From a virus (Duplodnaviria > Caudoviricetes), in IMG/VR virus record IMGVR_UViG_3300027754_002641, positions 1 to 58,683 of that record: 58,683 nucleotides of DNA; one strand, 5' to 3'. A program made the translations under genes and the position numbers. This document shows positions 18,113-26,948 of the stretch, piece after piece. The notes under the pieces were generated by a model that searched no databases, was not told where the DNA came from, and saw only the letters and a program-made list of their open reading frames with translations. Positions within the stretch are counted from its first letter, which is position 1. Every line of letters starts with the position of its first letter.

Positions 18113-19098
18113 TGGACTCTATGCGGCGCAATGCCCAGAAAATGATGCCCCACGTTATGGCTTTGAATAAGAAGCCGGACACGGGGTTGAAGAACAACAA
18201 CCAACCGGCACGCGGCATGAGCAATGTCACGGCGTTTGCGAAGGGTGGGAAGGTTTCCATGAAGAAGTGGGAAAACTCCGCCACGGACAAGGCGCAGGAC
18301 AAGAAGCTAGCTGCGAAGCACGGCATGACGTTTAAGAAATGGGAAAAGTCCATTTTGGACGTTCAGCACGACAAGCAGCAGTCCCCCAAGGGCCTGAAGA
18401 GCGGTGGTAAGCCGAAGAAGTATGCGAACGGCGAGGGCGTTTATACCCCCGGCAAGTTTTATACCCCCGGCAAGTTCAGCGAGAGCGCGTCTAACTCCCT
18501 TGTCGGTAGGGACACGACCCAAAAGAACCGTCTGGCCGATCCTAGAGCTATTAGAGTTACCGCCAAGAAAATGGACAATCTTGATGAGGGCCTGAGTTCA
18601 GCGCCAGCAAGCGAACCCACGGAAGACGAAGATTCGATCAAGGTAACTGCCCGACAGGAAATCCCGGTCGTTGCGAAGAAATCTACCGCGAAGATTCGCA
18701 AGAAGGTCGATTACGACAAGATGAGTTCCGACGATGCGGTCGCCAGGTGGAACAAGAAGCATAACAAAGATTATGTTGGAGACAGTTATACGCCTAGCGG
18801 TTTTGCCAAAGGTGGTAAGACAAAGAAGGCCGGAAGCAAGAAGGTGATGGGCACGGTAGACGAGGCAAAGAACCTCGTAGCCGCTCTCGGCAATGCGCGG
18901 AGCCAGATGGCTGCGCCCGCCGGTATGGGTATGCCGCCGCGTATGGCACCGCGTATGGCCCCTGGTATGGGCATGTCGCCCCCGATGAAGAAGGGCGGCA
19001 AGGTCATGAAGAAGGCCGCTGGCGGCGCTGCTAAGATGCGCCGGTCGTCCCCGACGCCGGATAAGATTAAGAAAGTCCCATACGTGAATGGAGGTTGA
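18112..19098 (+). CDS. Lys-rich virion-associated protein with repeated xxxGG motifs
   Basis: FAKGG x2, LKSGG, MKKGG, AAGG; internal 18-bp duplication encoding YTPGKF x2. Confidence 0.7.
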   Translation: MDSMRRNAQKMMPHVMALNKKPDTGLKNNNQPARGMSNVTAFAKGGKVSMKKWENSATDKAQDKKLAAKHGMTFKKWEKSILDVQHDKQQSPKGLKSGGKPKKYANGEGVYTPGKFYTPGKFSESASNSLVGRDTTQKNRLADPRAIRVTAKKMDNLDEGLSSAPASEPTEDEDSIKVTARQEIPVVAKKSTAKIRKKVDYDKMSSDDAVARWNKKHNKDYVGDSYTPSGFAKGGKTKKAGSKKVMGTVDEAKNLVAALGNARSQMAAPAGMGMPPRMAPRMAPGMGMSPPMKKGGKVMKKAAGGAAKMRRSSPTPDKIKKVPYVNGG

Positions 19099-19099
19099 T

Positions 19100-19165
19100 A
19101 TGTCGCGACCTGTAAAAGATATCCGTCTGAAGCCGAAAGGCACTAAGAAGGGCAAGGGAAAATAG
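19100..19165 (+). CDS. 21-aa basic peptide (not in ORF track)
   Basis: MSRPVKDIRLKPKGTKKGKGK with GGAGG RBS; fills the intergenic gap. Confidence 0.5.
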   Translation: MSRPVKDIRLKPKGTKKGKGK

Positions 19166-19167
19166 CA

Positions 19168-19461
19168 ATGAGTGCTGACCTGCTGGCAAGGAAGGTCACG
19201 GCAAGGTTGCGAGAGGCGAGAGAGGAAAAGATCAACTCTCTCAGGCGATGCAAACCCCGCGCCCCAATGATTGTTGAGGGCGCGGCGATCGCCGCAGCTA
19301 CGGCTGAAGAAATAGCGTTCTTCGCAATCGACACCAACGCGACGATAGATGCGTTCAATATCGCTATGTCGATCATTGAGGAAGAGTACAAAAAAATCAC
19401 CAGTCCAGAACAACCGGACGATGATAAACCCCCACAGGCAAGGACAGTTAACTATGGCTAG
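19168..19461 (+). CDS. Hypothetical protein
   Basis: 97 aa ORF in head operon. Confidence 0.65.
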   Translation: MSADLLARKVTARLREAREEKINSLRRCKPRAPMIVEGAAIAAATAEEIAFFAIDTNATIDAFNIAMSIIEEEYKKITSPEQPDDDKPPQARTVNYG

Positions 19462-19942
19462 TCTCAAAACCTTACCATTCGTGCAAGAAAGCGAAGTCTC
19501 CGAAGCGGAGACTTTGATTAACAAGATGTTTCTGGACATGCCCGGCGGCAAGCCGTTTGAACTCCGCCCGGCTGGCTACATGATCGCGACGAAGATTTAC
19601 GTTCGTCCCGATGAGTTAATGGTTATTGATATGCCGGACGGGTCGAAGAAAACACTTTGGACGCCGGAAGTAAGCAAGACGCACGACAAGTTTGATTCTG
19701 TTTCTGCGTTGGTTTGTGCGGTCGGCCCGCAGGCTTACAAGGGGTTTAACCAAGATGGCACCAGCCGGTATCCCGAGGGGCCTTGGTGCCGTGTCGGGGA
19801 CTGGATTGTGATCCCGCGCCAATCTGCGTTTGTCTGCCACTATCATGGAGTGGCGATGGCGATTCTGCCGGACGATAAGGTTATCGCGGTTATCCAAGAC
19901 CCAACAGATGTTTCGACTGTCTACATGGCACCGAAAGTTTGA
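19454..19942 (+). CDS. groES: GroES/Cpn10-like co-chaperonin
   Basis: VCAVGPQAY, PWCRVGDWIV, AILPDDKVIAVI pattern of phage GroES-like proteins. Confidence 0.75.
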   Translation: MASLKTLPFVQESEVSEAETLINKMFLDMPGGKPFELRPAGYMIATKIYVRPDELMVIDMPDGSKKTLWTPEVSKTHDKFDSVSALVCAVGPQAYKGFNQDGTSRYPEGPWCRVGDWIVIPRQSAFVCHYHGVAMAILPDDKVIAVIQDPTDVSTVYMAPKV

Positions 19943-19954
19943 TAGGCAAGAATC

Positions 19955-21073
19955 ATGTATAAACTTCCAACACCCACATACGCGCAAGAAGGTACAGGTG
20001 CTGCTGCGCCTGAACCGGCACAGGTTCCGAAAAATCTAACGGGGCAAGAGGAGTTTCCTGAAGAGGAAATTGATCTGCCTAATGAAGACGGCTCAGAGCC
20101 GGAGGCACAAGAGACACCGGCAGAGCCGGACCCCGCTAAAACGTTTAAGCGTAGAGGGCCGAAGCGTTATGCGACTTTGACCCATGAGCGTGATGAGGCG
20201 CGTGGGTACGCCGCACAACTCCAGGCCGAATTGGAAATTGAGCGTAGCCGCGCGGCTGAGTTGGAGGCCAAGGCTAACGAGGCGTCCAGCATTGCGATGC
20301 AAAGTTACGCGGCCAAGTCAGAGTCCGATCTGCGCGAGGCCCGCGCCGCGCTTTCTGCGGCCATTGAAAGCGGTGATCCAGGCAAGATCACCGAAGCCTC
20401 CGAACAGTTGTCGTCAGCCAAGGCTACGATGGATGACGTTGAGGTTTGGAAGAAGTCAGAGCAAGCCAAGCAAAACGCACACGCACCCCCACGGCAGGCC
20501 GCGCCACAGCCCCAGGCGGCGCAAATCCCAGAACTTCCAGATGAAGTTAAGGGCTGGGTTATGGAGAATCGCTACTTCGATTTTGTCCAGCGAGACAGCG
20601 GCGGGAATGTCGTTTTCGACCGTAGCGGCAAGCCGATGCGTAATCCAGATTACGACGACACTATGCACACCGAGGCAACGCTATTCGCTACAAACCTTGA
20701 GCGAAAGATTTCTGATGGTCGCCTTAATTATAAGGTTTCTTCACCGGAGTATTTTAAGGCCGTTGAAGAGCATATGCGTGACCAGTTTCCTGACTACTTT
20801 GACGAAGAAGAACAAGAGCAACCCGCAGCCCCTGTCCGCAGGGGGTCACCAGTTGCTGCTCCGACTCGATCAATGTCTTCGGGTGGTCAGGCGGTACAGA
20901 ACCCATCCAAGTTCAAGCTAACCAGCGATCAGCTACGGTTTGTTAAACGAATGGTCGATAACGGCGGTGGACCGAAGTATCCGCAGGGTCATGCTCGGCA
21001 ATTCCAGCCGATGAGCTACGATGACGCTAAGGTCAGTTACGCTCGCCGTATTATGAAAACAAACAACCAGTAG
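19955..21073 (+). CDS. Probable capsid scaffolding protein
   Basis: Acidic N-terminus, long coiled coil, position before capsid genes. Confidence 0.65.
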   Translation: MYKLPTPTYAQEGTGAAAPEPAQVPKNLTGQEEFPEEEIDLPNEDGSEPEAQETPAEPDPAKTFKRRGPKRYATLTHERDEARGYAAQLQAELEIERSRAAELEAKANEASSIAMQSYAAKSESDLREARAALSAAIESGDPGKITEASEQLSSAKATMDDVEVWKKSEQAKQNAHAPPRQAAPQPQAAQIPELPDEVKGWVMENRYFDFVQRDSGGNVVFDRSGKPMRNPDYDDTMHTEATLFATNLERKISDGRLNYKVSSPEYFKAVEEHMRDQFPDYFDEEEQEQPAAPVRRGSPVAAPTRSMSSGGQAVQNPSKFKLTSDQLRFVKRMVDNGGGPKYPQGHARQFQPMSYDDAKVSYARRIMKTNNQ

Positions 21074-21084
21074 GATGATTCATC

Positions 21085-21582
21085 ATGGGTCGTAAACCTC
21101 GTAGTTCTGAAGCCCGCGACAGCAACACGCGCGCTGCGGAGTCTCGTCAAGAAGCCAAGACAACTCACCAATCTCGCTTTTACATTCCGCCGAATGTTAT
21201 TCCGCGTGGCGTGACTTATGCGTGGGTCGCCGTGGCATTTGATAACGCCGGTACGTTTAATAAGGATAATTGGAACAATAAGTTCCGCGCTGGCTGGCGT
21301 CCGGTGCCGCGCGATCGCCATCCTGAATTGTTTCCGCCTGTGCCGAATATCGGTTTCGGTTCTGACGACGACCGTTATATTAATGAGGGCGGACTTATTC
21401 TTTGTGAAAAGCCAACGGTAGATGTCCGGCGCGATCGCGATGCGCTGGAACGTCTGGCACGGCAACAGATGGAAGGGCAGAAATGGACGCAGGCACAGGG
21501 GGCCAATCCGTTTGCACAGACCATGCCGCGCTTTGATGAGTCTAAGACTGAGTTTGGGCACTCTGCCCAGTTTAAGGAATAA
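21085..21582 (+). CDS. Conserved head-region hypothetical protein
   Basis: YAWV, GWRPVP...HPE, GGLILCEKP. Confidence 0.7.
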   Translation: MGRKPRSSEARDSNTRAAESRQEAKTTHQSRFYIPPNVIPRGVTYAWVAVAFDNAGTFNKDNWNNKFRAGWRPVPRDRHPELFPPVPNIGFGSDDDRYINEGGLILCEKPTVDVRRDRDALERLARQQMEGQKWTQAQGANPFAQTMPRFDESKTEFGHSAQFKE

Positions 21583-21586
21583 ATAC

Positions 21587-21622
21587 GGGGTGGCTGGGGT
21601 TAAGGAACCCTGGCCCACCTTT
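21587..21622 (+). terminator. Long GC hairpin, possible terminator
   Basis: GGTGG-CTGGGGTT-AAGG-AACCCTGG-CCCACC followed by TTT. Confidence 0.45.
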
Positions 21623-21722
21623 CCCTTGCCGGAGGAGTGACGGGGCCAATCCTGGCCACCCCACCATGATAAGGGGGCTTACAACGCCTCTGAATTGTGG
21701 TAATTTAAGTATTAATTGCGAT

Positions 21723-21823
21723 CCTGCAACGCAGGTTATCGACGCCAATCACGTATTTGGCCGGGTTATTAGACCCGTTATCGAAGTGCAGTCACGTATC
21801 TGCTCCGTGCCGTCGCAACGGCA
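21723..21823 (+). ncRNA. Candidate cis-regulatory structured RNA (tandem hairpin units)
   Basis: Two copies of hairpin-TTATCGA-stem[TCACGTAT loop] with different but pairing stems. Confidence 0.5.
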
Positions 21824-21870
21824 ATCAGTGATTTTCGCACCGTTTAGGGTGCATCTGACAGGAGCAAAAC

Positions 21871-22467
21871 ATGGCTTACGGCGCGAGCGGAGGCTTTGGC
21901 CTTCAACCGCTTAATAGCGGTAACGGTGTTACCTTCAATGGCATCACCAATCAATACAATCTTCCGGCGACGGGTGGACAGAGCATTTTCCAGGGCGACC
22001 CTGTGGCTCTTTCGACCGTTGGCGTGATCGTCCGAGGCACCGCGTCCATTCCGGCGCTTGGTGTCTTCCAGGGCTGCAAGTTTCAGGACACCGCCGGTGT
22101 CTGGCAGTTCACCAACTACTTCGCTGGCGCGACGGCTTTCCTTGCTGGCAACACGCCGGTCGCACTCGTCATCGACGATCCGATGGCCCAGTACACCATC
22201 ACAGAGGGTGATGCGACTGGCGCTTCCGGTACTCCGCTTACGTCTGCCGCCCCCGGCCTGAACGCCAACTTCGTTTACACGGCGGGCAGCACGCGTACCG
22301 GCCTTTCTGCCGTCACGCTGAACAACGCTACGGCGAGCACGGCTTCCAGCCAGAATCTGCGAATTACTGCTCTTGATCCCCGTGTCGGAAATGCGGTTGG
22401 CGCGTTCGCCAACTGGGTTGTCCAAATCAACAACGGCCAGCGTTCCGCTGGCACGCCGCGTCCTTAG
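21871..22467 (+). CDS. Capsid decoration/minor capsid protein
   Basis: FGLQP, IFQGDPV, GVFQGC, VIDDP; strong AGGAG RBS; precedes the MCP gene. Confidence 0.7.
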   Translation: MAYGASGGFGLQPLNSGNGVTFNGITNQYNLPATGGQSIFQGDPVALSTVGVIVRGTASIPALGVFQGCKFQDTAGVWQFTNYFAGATAFLAGNTPVALVIDDPMAQYTITEGDATGASGTPLTSAAPGLNANFVYTAGSTRTGLSAVTLNNATASTASSQNLRITALDPRVGNAVGAFANWVVQINNGQRSAGTPRP

Positions 22468-22491
22468 TAGCATAGGACCAGGAGCAGAAAC

Positions 22492-23397
22492 ATGACCATT
22501 AATACCAGTCAAATCCAGCAGCTTCTCCGCCCCGGCTTGGCAGAAGTGTTCGGTGATTATCCGATGTACCCGGCTGAATATACCGAAATCTTCAGCACCC
22601 ATACTTCGGACAAAGCAGTCGAAATCGAAGTCGAAATGAAGCTGCTCGGGCTTGCGGCCACTAAGGCCGAAGGCGCTCCGACGCAGTTCCAAGACATGGG
22701 ACAGCGCGTAATCAGCACCTACTACCATCGCTACACCAGCGTTGGCTTTATGATTACTCGCCAGGCGATGAAGGATAACCTTTACGAGTCGCAGTTCCCG
22801 CAGCAGGCGCAGTCTCTCCGTAACTCGATGCTGCAAAGCAAAGAAGTTAACGGCGCGTCTGTTATCAACAACGGCTACTCGGCATCGTTCCCCGGCGGCG
22901 ATGGTGTGGCGCTCTTCTCGACCGCTCACCCGATCGACACCGGCACGTTCGCGAATACGCCGTCCGTTCAGGTGGACCTGAATGAATCGTCTCTGCAAGA
23001 TGCGATCGTAACCATCTCGCAGTTCCGCGATCAGGCTGGCCTCATCACGATGACCAAGCCGACCAAGTTGATCGTTCCGCCGCAGCTTCAGTTCACGGCG
23101 GATCGTATCCTGCACTCGCAGTTCCGCACTGGTACTGCGAACAACGACATTAACGCCGTGTACAATATCGGCGCTGTGCCGCAGGGCTATCGGGTCAATC
23201 ACTTCCTGACCGATACCAACGCCTGGACCTTGATGACCGACGCCCCGAATGGTCTGAAGCACTATGTCCGTGAAGCTCTCGAAACGGATGTTTTCACTGA
23301 CTTCACCAGCGATAACCTGCTCGCGAAGGCCATCGAACGGTACTCGTTCGGCTGGTCTAACTCGCGTGGCGCTTATGGTAGCTCTGGCGCTACCTAA
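22492..23397 (+). CDS. Major capsid protein
   Basis: LLRPGL, GDGVALFSTAHP, LIVPP, NDIN, NHFLTD, ERYSFGW; strong RBS; terminator follows. Confidence 0.88.
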   Translation: MTINTSQIQQLLRPGLAEVFGDYPMYPAEYTEIFSTHTSDKAVEIEVEMKLLGLAATKAEGAPTQFQDMGQRVISTYYHRYTSVGFMITRQAMKDNLYESQFPQQAQSLRNSMLQSKEVNGASVINNGYSASFPGGDGVALFSTAHPIDTGTFANTPSVQVDLNESSLQDAIVTISQFRDQAGLITMTKPTKLIVPPQLQFTADRILHSQFRTGTANNDINAVYNIGAVPQGYRVNHFLTDTNAWTLMTDAPNGLKHYVREALETDVFTDFTSDNLLAKAIERYSFGWSNSRGAYGSSGAT

Positions 23398-23426
23398 TAA
23401 GGTGCTAGAGGGCTGAATAGAAAATT

Positions 23427-23462
23427 GGCCATCGTGCCGCAAAGGGTGCGGTGGCCTTTTTC
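23427..23462 (+). terminator. Rho-independent terminator
   Basis: GGCCATCGTGCC-GCAAAG-GGTGCGGTGGCC-TTTTT. Confidence 0.8.
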
Positions 23463-23484
23463 ACAACGAAAGTGAGGCATCCTC

Positions 23485-24240
23485 ATGACTTCTTTTTTCG
23501 ATAACGTTAAGATTGGTCGGGCGGCTTATAACCGCAATCTTACGCCTCCGACAGGCTATGCCGAGGACGAGATTTACGGCATCCCGCTGACGCAGACTTA
23601 CGTTTACCAAGCTGGCACGGCATCCACCTCCCTGGCGAGCGGCGTGTTTTATGCGTCTTCCGCTGTGGCGGGAACGCTGACCGGCACGGGCGTGTTGGTA
23701 AGTGGTGGCGTTGCCACCTTTGACGTTCCCCGTAGCGTGCAGATCACGGCTTCCAGCAACATGGCAACGGTCACGTTTACCATCCGTGGTACGGATGCGT
23801 ATGGTGCGCCGCTTACGTGGGCTGGTGTCGGCCCGACCGGCAATACCCTTGGCGCTGCCGGTTCTTATGTCGTCAGCCTCTCCGCGTTCAAAACCATGAC
23901 TACGGCGTCATGCGATGGCGCGGCGACCGGGGCGCTGACCATTGGTACTTCGGATACTTTCGGAATGCCGTTCCGTATTCCCAATGTCGGTTATGGCATG
24001 GGGGTTCACATCAACGGCGAGAGTGCTACCGTCCCGGCTACGTGGACGGCTGGCTTGGCTGCCACGGGCGTTGCGACGGCCACCACAGCCGATGTCAGGG
24101 GCACTGTGGCCCTGGCTACAACTGTTCTAAGCAACGGCTCTCGTTATTTTAGCTTTGAGTTCATTACTCCAAATACCGGCATTGCGGCTGGCGCTGATAC
24201 GAAGGAAAATAGCTACGGCGTTACGCCGTTTACGTCGTAA
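23485..24240 (+). CDS. Thr/Ala/Gly-rich virion structural protein
   Basis: DVPRSVQIT...GTDAYG, ADVRGT; shares a domain with 25162-25818. Confidence 0.7.
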   Translation: MTSFFDNVKIGRAAYNRNLTPPTGYAEDEIYGIPLTQTYVYQAGTASTSLASGVFYASSAVAGTLTGTGVLVSGGVATFDVPRSVQITASSNMATVTFTIRGTDAYGAPLTWAGVGPTGNTLGAAGSYVVSLSAFKTMTTASCDGAATGALTIGTSDTFGMPFRIPNVGYGMGVHINGESATVPATWTAGLAATGVATATTADVRGTVALATTVLSNGSRYFSFEFITPNTGIAAGADTKENSYGVTPFTS

Positions 24241-24246
24241 TATAAA

Positions 24247-24284
24247 GCCAGGGCACACACCGCCGTGCCCTGGCCTTTCCTTTC
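24247..24284 (+). terminator. Probable terminator
   Basis: GCCAGGGCAC-N8-GTGCCCTGGC-CTTTCCTTT. Confidence 0.6.
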
Positions 24285-24311
24285 TGGCGGCTACTAGGCA
24301 AGGATATAATT

Positions 24312-25202
24312 ATGGAACAATCCGCTCAGTCGATGCCCACGCCTATTTCGCTCATGCCTAATCGTAAGGCCGTGAACATTATCGCTATGGGTTCGAGCCG
24401 AAATGACTTCTTCCAGGCGCAGCTTATGGAAAGCCGCCCCGATATTCTTCAGAACGCCGAGATTTGGTGCATCAACTACATGGGCGGGCAGATTCGCTGC
24501 GACCGCATTATTCACGTTGATCCCGTCCACGCGTTTCTTGGGCACCCGATTGTGCGCGATATGTGTGAATACGCGTTGAAGGACAACATCCCGTTCTACA
24601 CCTCGCACCCGCACCCGAAGTACAATAACCATGTGGTGTATCCGTTCGCCCGTGTTTCGGCTGCTTTCGGCGGCATCACATATTTCAACACCAGTGTGTC
24701 GTATGCGATCGCGCTGGCGCTGGCTGACGGTTTCACAGAAATCGGCCTGTTTGGCTGCGACTTCTCGTACCCAGATGTCCATATGGCTGAATCTGGCCGC
24801 GCTTGTTGCGAGTTTTATATCGGCATCGGCACTCAGCGCGGCGTTCGGTTTGCCGTCGCTCAAGGCTCGACGCTGATGGATATGTACAACGGCCAACAGC
24901 CCTACGGCTGGTTCTCCAACCCGAATCTGCCGCCCGCCAATGGCGGTAAGCTGATGAACGCCCGTGAAATCTTGGCGCATGAAGAACGTGTGAAAAATCC
25001 GCCGAAGTTTTCTGACCTCATCCAAACCGTTAAAATGTCCACGCCTATTCAGCAGGTCAGTCCGATTGCGGTCGGCTCTGGCGGCGAAAACGCTATTTAC
25101 ACGAATTTGCTGGGCGGGCCGCTCCCACTGAAAAATGGCCAAGACTCTTTAGGAGTACAATATGCGCCCCACGGTAATCTCGTTCCCGGCCCCATCAGTT
25201 AA
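24312..25202 (+). CDS. Putative nonulosonate transferase (CstII/GT42-Maf-like fold)
   Basis: VNIIAMGSS, IWCIN, TSVSYAIALALADGFTEIGLFGCDFSY parallel the CstII motifs VIIAGNGPS, VFRCN, TSGVYMCAVAIALGYKEIYLSGIDFY. Confidence 0.65.
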   Translation: MEQSAQSMPTPISLMPNRKAVNIIAMGSSRNDFFQAQLMESRPDILQNAEIWCINYMGGQIRCDRIIHVDPVHAFLGHPIVRDMCEYALKDNIPFYTSHPHPKYNNHVVYPFARVSAAFGGITYFNTSVSYAIALALADGFTEIGLFGCDFSYPDVHMAESGRACCEFYIGIGTQRGVRFAVAQGSTLMDMYNGQQPYGWFSNPNLPPANGGKLMNAREILAHEERVKNPPKFSDLIQTVKMSTPIQQVSPIAVGSGGENAIYTNLLGGPLPLKNGQDSLGVQYAPHGNLVPGPIS

Positions 25203-25818
25203 CGCGGTCTGCGCGACACAGACCACGACTGCTGCGAACCAGGCGCTTACGCTCAACGGGAGCCTGTCTAATATTGCACTGAGTAACGGCCAGGGGTATT
25301 CGCCCCTGGTTGTTTTCCCAGGCATCCAACGTGCGATCAGTGTAACGAGCACTGGCAATATCAGTACGTCTACTATTTCGATTACTGGGTATGACACCAG
25401 AAGCGTGCTCTTCACGACCACGCTTACTGGTCCCAACAACACGACCGTCAACACCACGACAGAGTTTAACAAGATCACAGCGGTCAGCGTTGGCACGCTT
25501 GCCAGCAGCACGTTTACTGTTGGTACGAGCGCCACCGGGTCTAGCACATGGGTTCAGGGTGATTCGTTTATCAGCCCGTTTGCTGTGACTGTTACGGTAG
25601 AAACCGTGACTTCTGCCCCGATCACAATTCAAGATACGCCGAATGATGTTCAGGCTGCTGCTCCGTCGATTATCTTTAATCACTCGACCTTGGCAACGGT
25701 GACTGTTTCGGCTGAGTCCAACTACGCCTTCCCGGCGCGTTTCATGCGGTTTATCTGCACCGCTAGTGCGACTGCTACGGGGAACTCGCAAGTGACCTTT
25801 ATCCAGGCTGGGTGGTAG
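25162..25818 (+). CDS. Ser/Thr-rich virion structural protein
   Basis: About 30% Ser+Thr by manual count; paralogous segment to 23485-24240. Confidence 0.7.
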   Translation: MRPTVISFPAPSVNAVCATQTTTAANQALTLNGSLSNIALSNGQGYSPLVVFPGIQRAISVTSTGNISTSTISITGYDTRSVLFTTTLTGPNNTTVNTTTEFNKITAVSVGTLASSTFTVGTSATGSSTWVQGDSFISPFAVTVTVETVTSAPITIQDTPNDVQAAAPSIIFNHSTLATVTVSAESNYAFPARFMRFICTASATATGNSQVTFIQAGW

Positions 25819-25820
25819 TC

Positions 25821-25982
25821 ATGGGCATTAGCGGCCTTTCAATGACGGGTACGTCCTCGATCGACGCAGAGGCCGTTCTTAAACTTCTTTCTAATCCAGA
25901 ATCTTTGAAGGCCAATATCGAAGCGTACAACGTCGCTAAGAAGGCGGCTGAAGACGCTGTGGCCGTGGCAGGCAATCTTTGA
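25821..25982 (+). CDS. 53-aa hypothetical protein (not in ORF track)
   Basis: MGISGLSMTG...AVAVAGNL fills the gap between structural genes. Confidence 0.5.
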   Translation: MGISGLSMTGTSSIDAEAVLKLLSNPESLKANIEAYNVAKKAAEDAVAVAGNL

Positions 25983-26003
25983 AGGCATGGGACGAATCAC
26001 GTA

Positions 26004-26258
26004 ATGGCGCGCGCCAAAACTGACCAGATGCGCGGAATGACGGTCTCAGGCGGCTACAAGCTGCCTGCGTCGAAGGGCGCTGGCCTGACGGCAAAGGGCC
26101 GCGCGTCCATCAATCGGCGCACCGGCAGCAATCTTAAGCCGCCTGCGCCGCACCCCAAGACTGAGGCGGACGCTGGCCGCAAGAAAAGCTTCTGCGCTAG
26201 GTCGCAGGGGTGGACTGGTGAGCGCGGCAAGGCTGCTCGCAAGCGGTGGGAATGTTAA
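26004..26258 (+). CDS. Basic conserved phage protein (DUF6321-like)
   Basis: GLTAKGR, NLKPP, RKKSFCAR, KRWEC. Confidence 0.75.
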   Translation: MARAKTDQMRGMTVSGGYKLPASKGAGLTAKGRASINRRTGSNLKPPAPHPKTEADAGRKKSFCARSQGWTGERGKAARKRWEC

Positions 26259-26942
26259 ATGACCCTCACCGGAACGTATGATTTCGGCGTTAATACCGAA
26301 CTCGACAGCGTAATTGTCGAGGCATACGAGCGTTTGGGCCGTGAGGCTTCTGAACTGTCGGCCAATGACGTTCAGAGCGCCATCCGTAGCCTTAACTACG
26401 TCTTCGCGGACTGGGCCAACAGGGGCATTAACCTTTGGGAAGTGACTCTCAATAACACCGCCCTAACTCAGGGCCAGCAGAGTTTTGTGCTAAACTCTAA
26501 GAACGTCGATGTATTTCAGGTTTACCGGCGTACCACTAGCGGCGGTATTAATACGGATGTCGTTCTGTCCTCGATTAGCCGCGCAGATTATTCGTCCATC
26601 CCGAATAAGCAGCAGCAGGCTCCGCCGACCCAGTATTACTTTGAGCGCACAATTACCCCGACTTTGTACCTTTGGCCAACGCCTGACAGCGCGGCATATA
26701 CGCTGTACTATTACAGCATGAACTTCACTCAAGACCCTGGAAATCCTACCAATACGCTGGATGTACCGCAGCGTTGGTTTGATGCAATGGCTTCTGCAAT
26801 GGCGGTCAGACTGGCCGTGAAGTGGGCACCTGATAGGGTGCAGATGTTGCAGCCGCTGGCTGATATTGCGTATCAGGTAGCCTCGGCGGAAGACACTGAG
26901 AATGTCGTTACCGTTATCAAACCCAACCTGTTTTTTGGCTAA
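26259..26942 (+). CDS. Head-tail adaptor-like protein
   Basis: WANRGINLW, YSSIPNK, PTQYYFER, LYLWPTPD. Confidence 0.7.
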   Translation: MTLTGTYDFGVNTELDSVIVEAYERLGREASELSANDVQSAIRSLNYVFADWANRGINLWEVTLNNTALTQGQQSFVLNSKNVDVFQVYRRTTSGGINTDVVLSSISRADYSSIPNKQQQAPPTQYYFERTITPTLYLWPTPDSAAYTLYYYSMNFTQDPGNPTNTLDVPQRWFDAMASAMAVRLAVKWAPDRVQMLQPLADIAYQVASAEDTENVVTVIKPNLFFG

Positions 26943-26948
26943 ATAGAA

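Noticed and set aside
21844-23442. 532-aa minus-strand ORF
   Set aside because: Antisense shadow of the decoration and major capsid genes; no motifs; expected from GC-rich codon bias.
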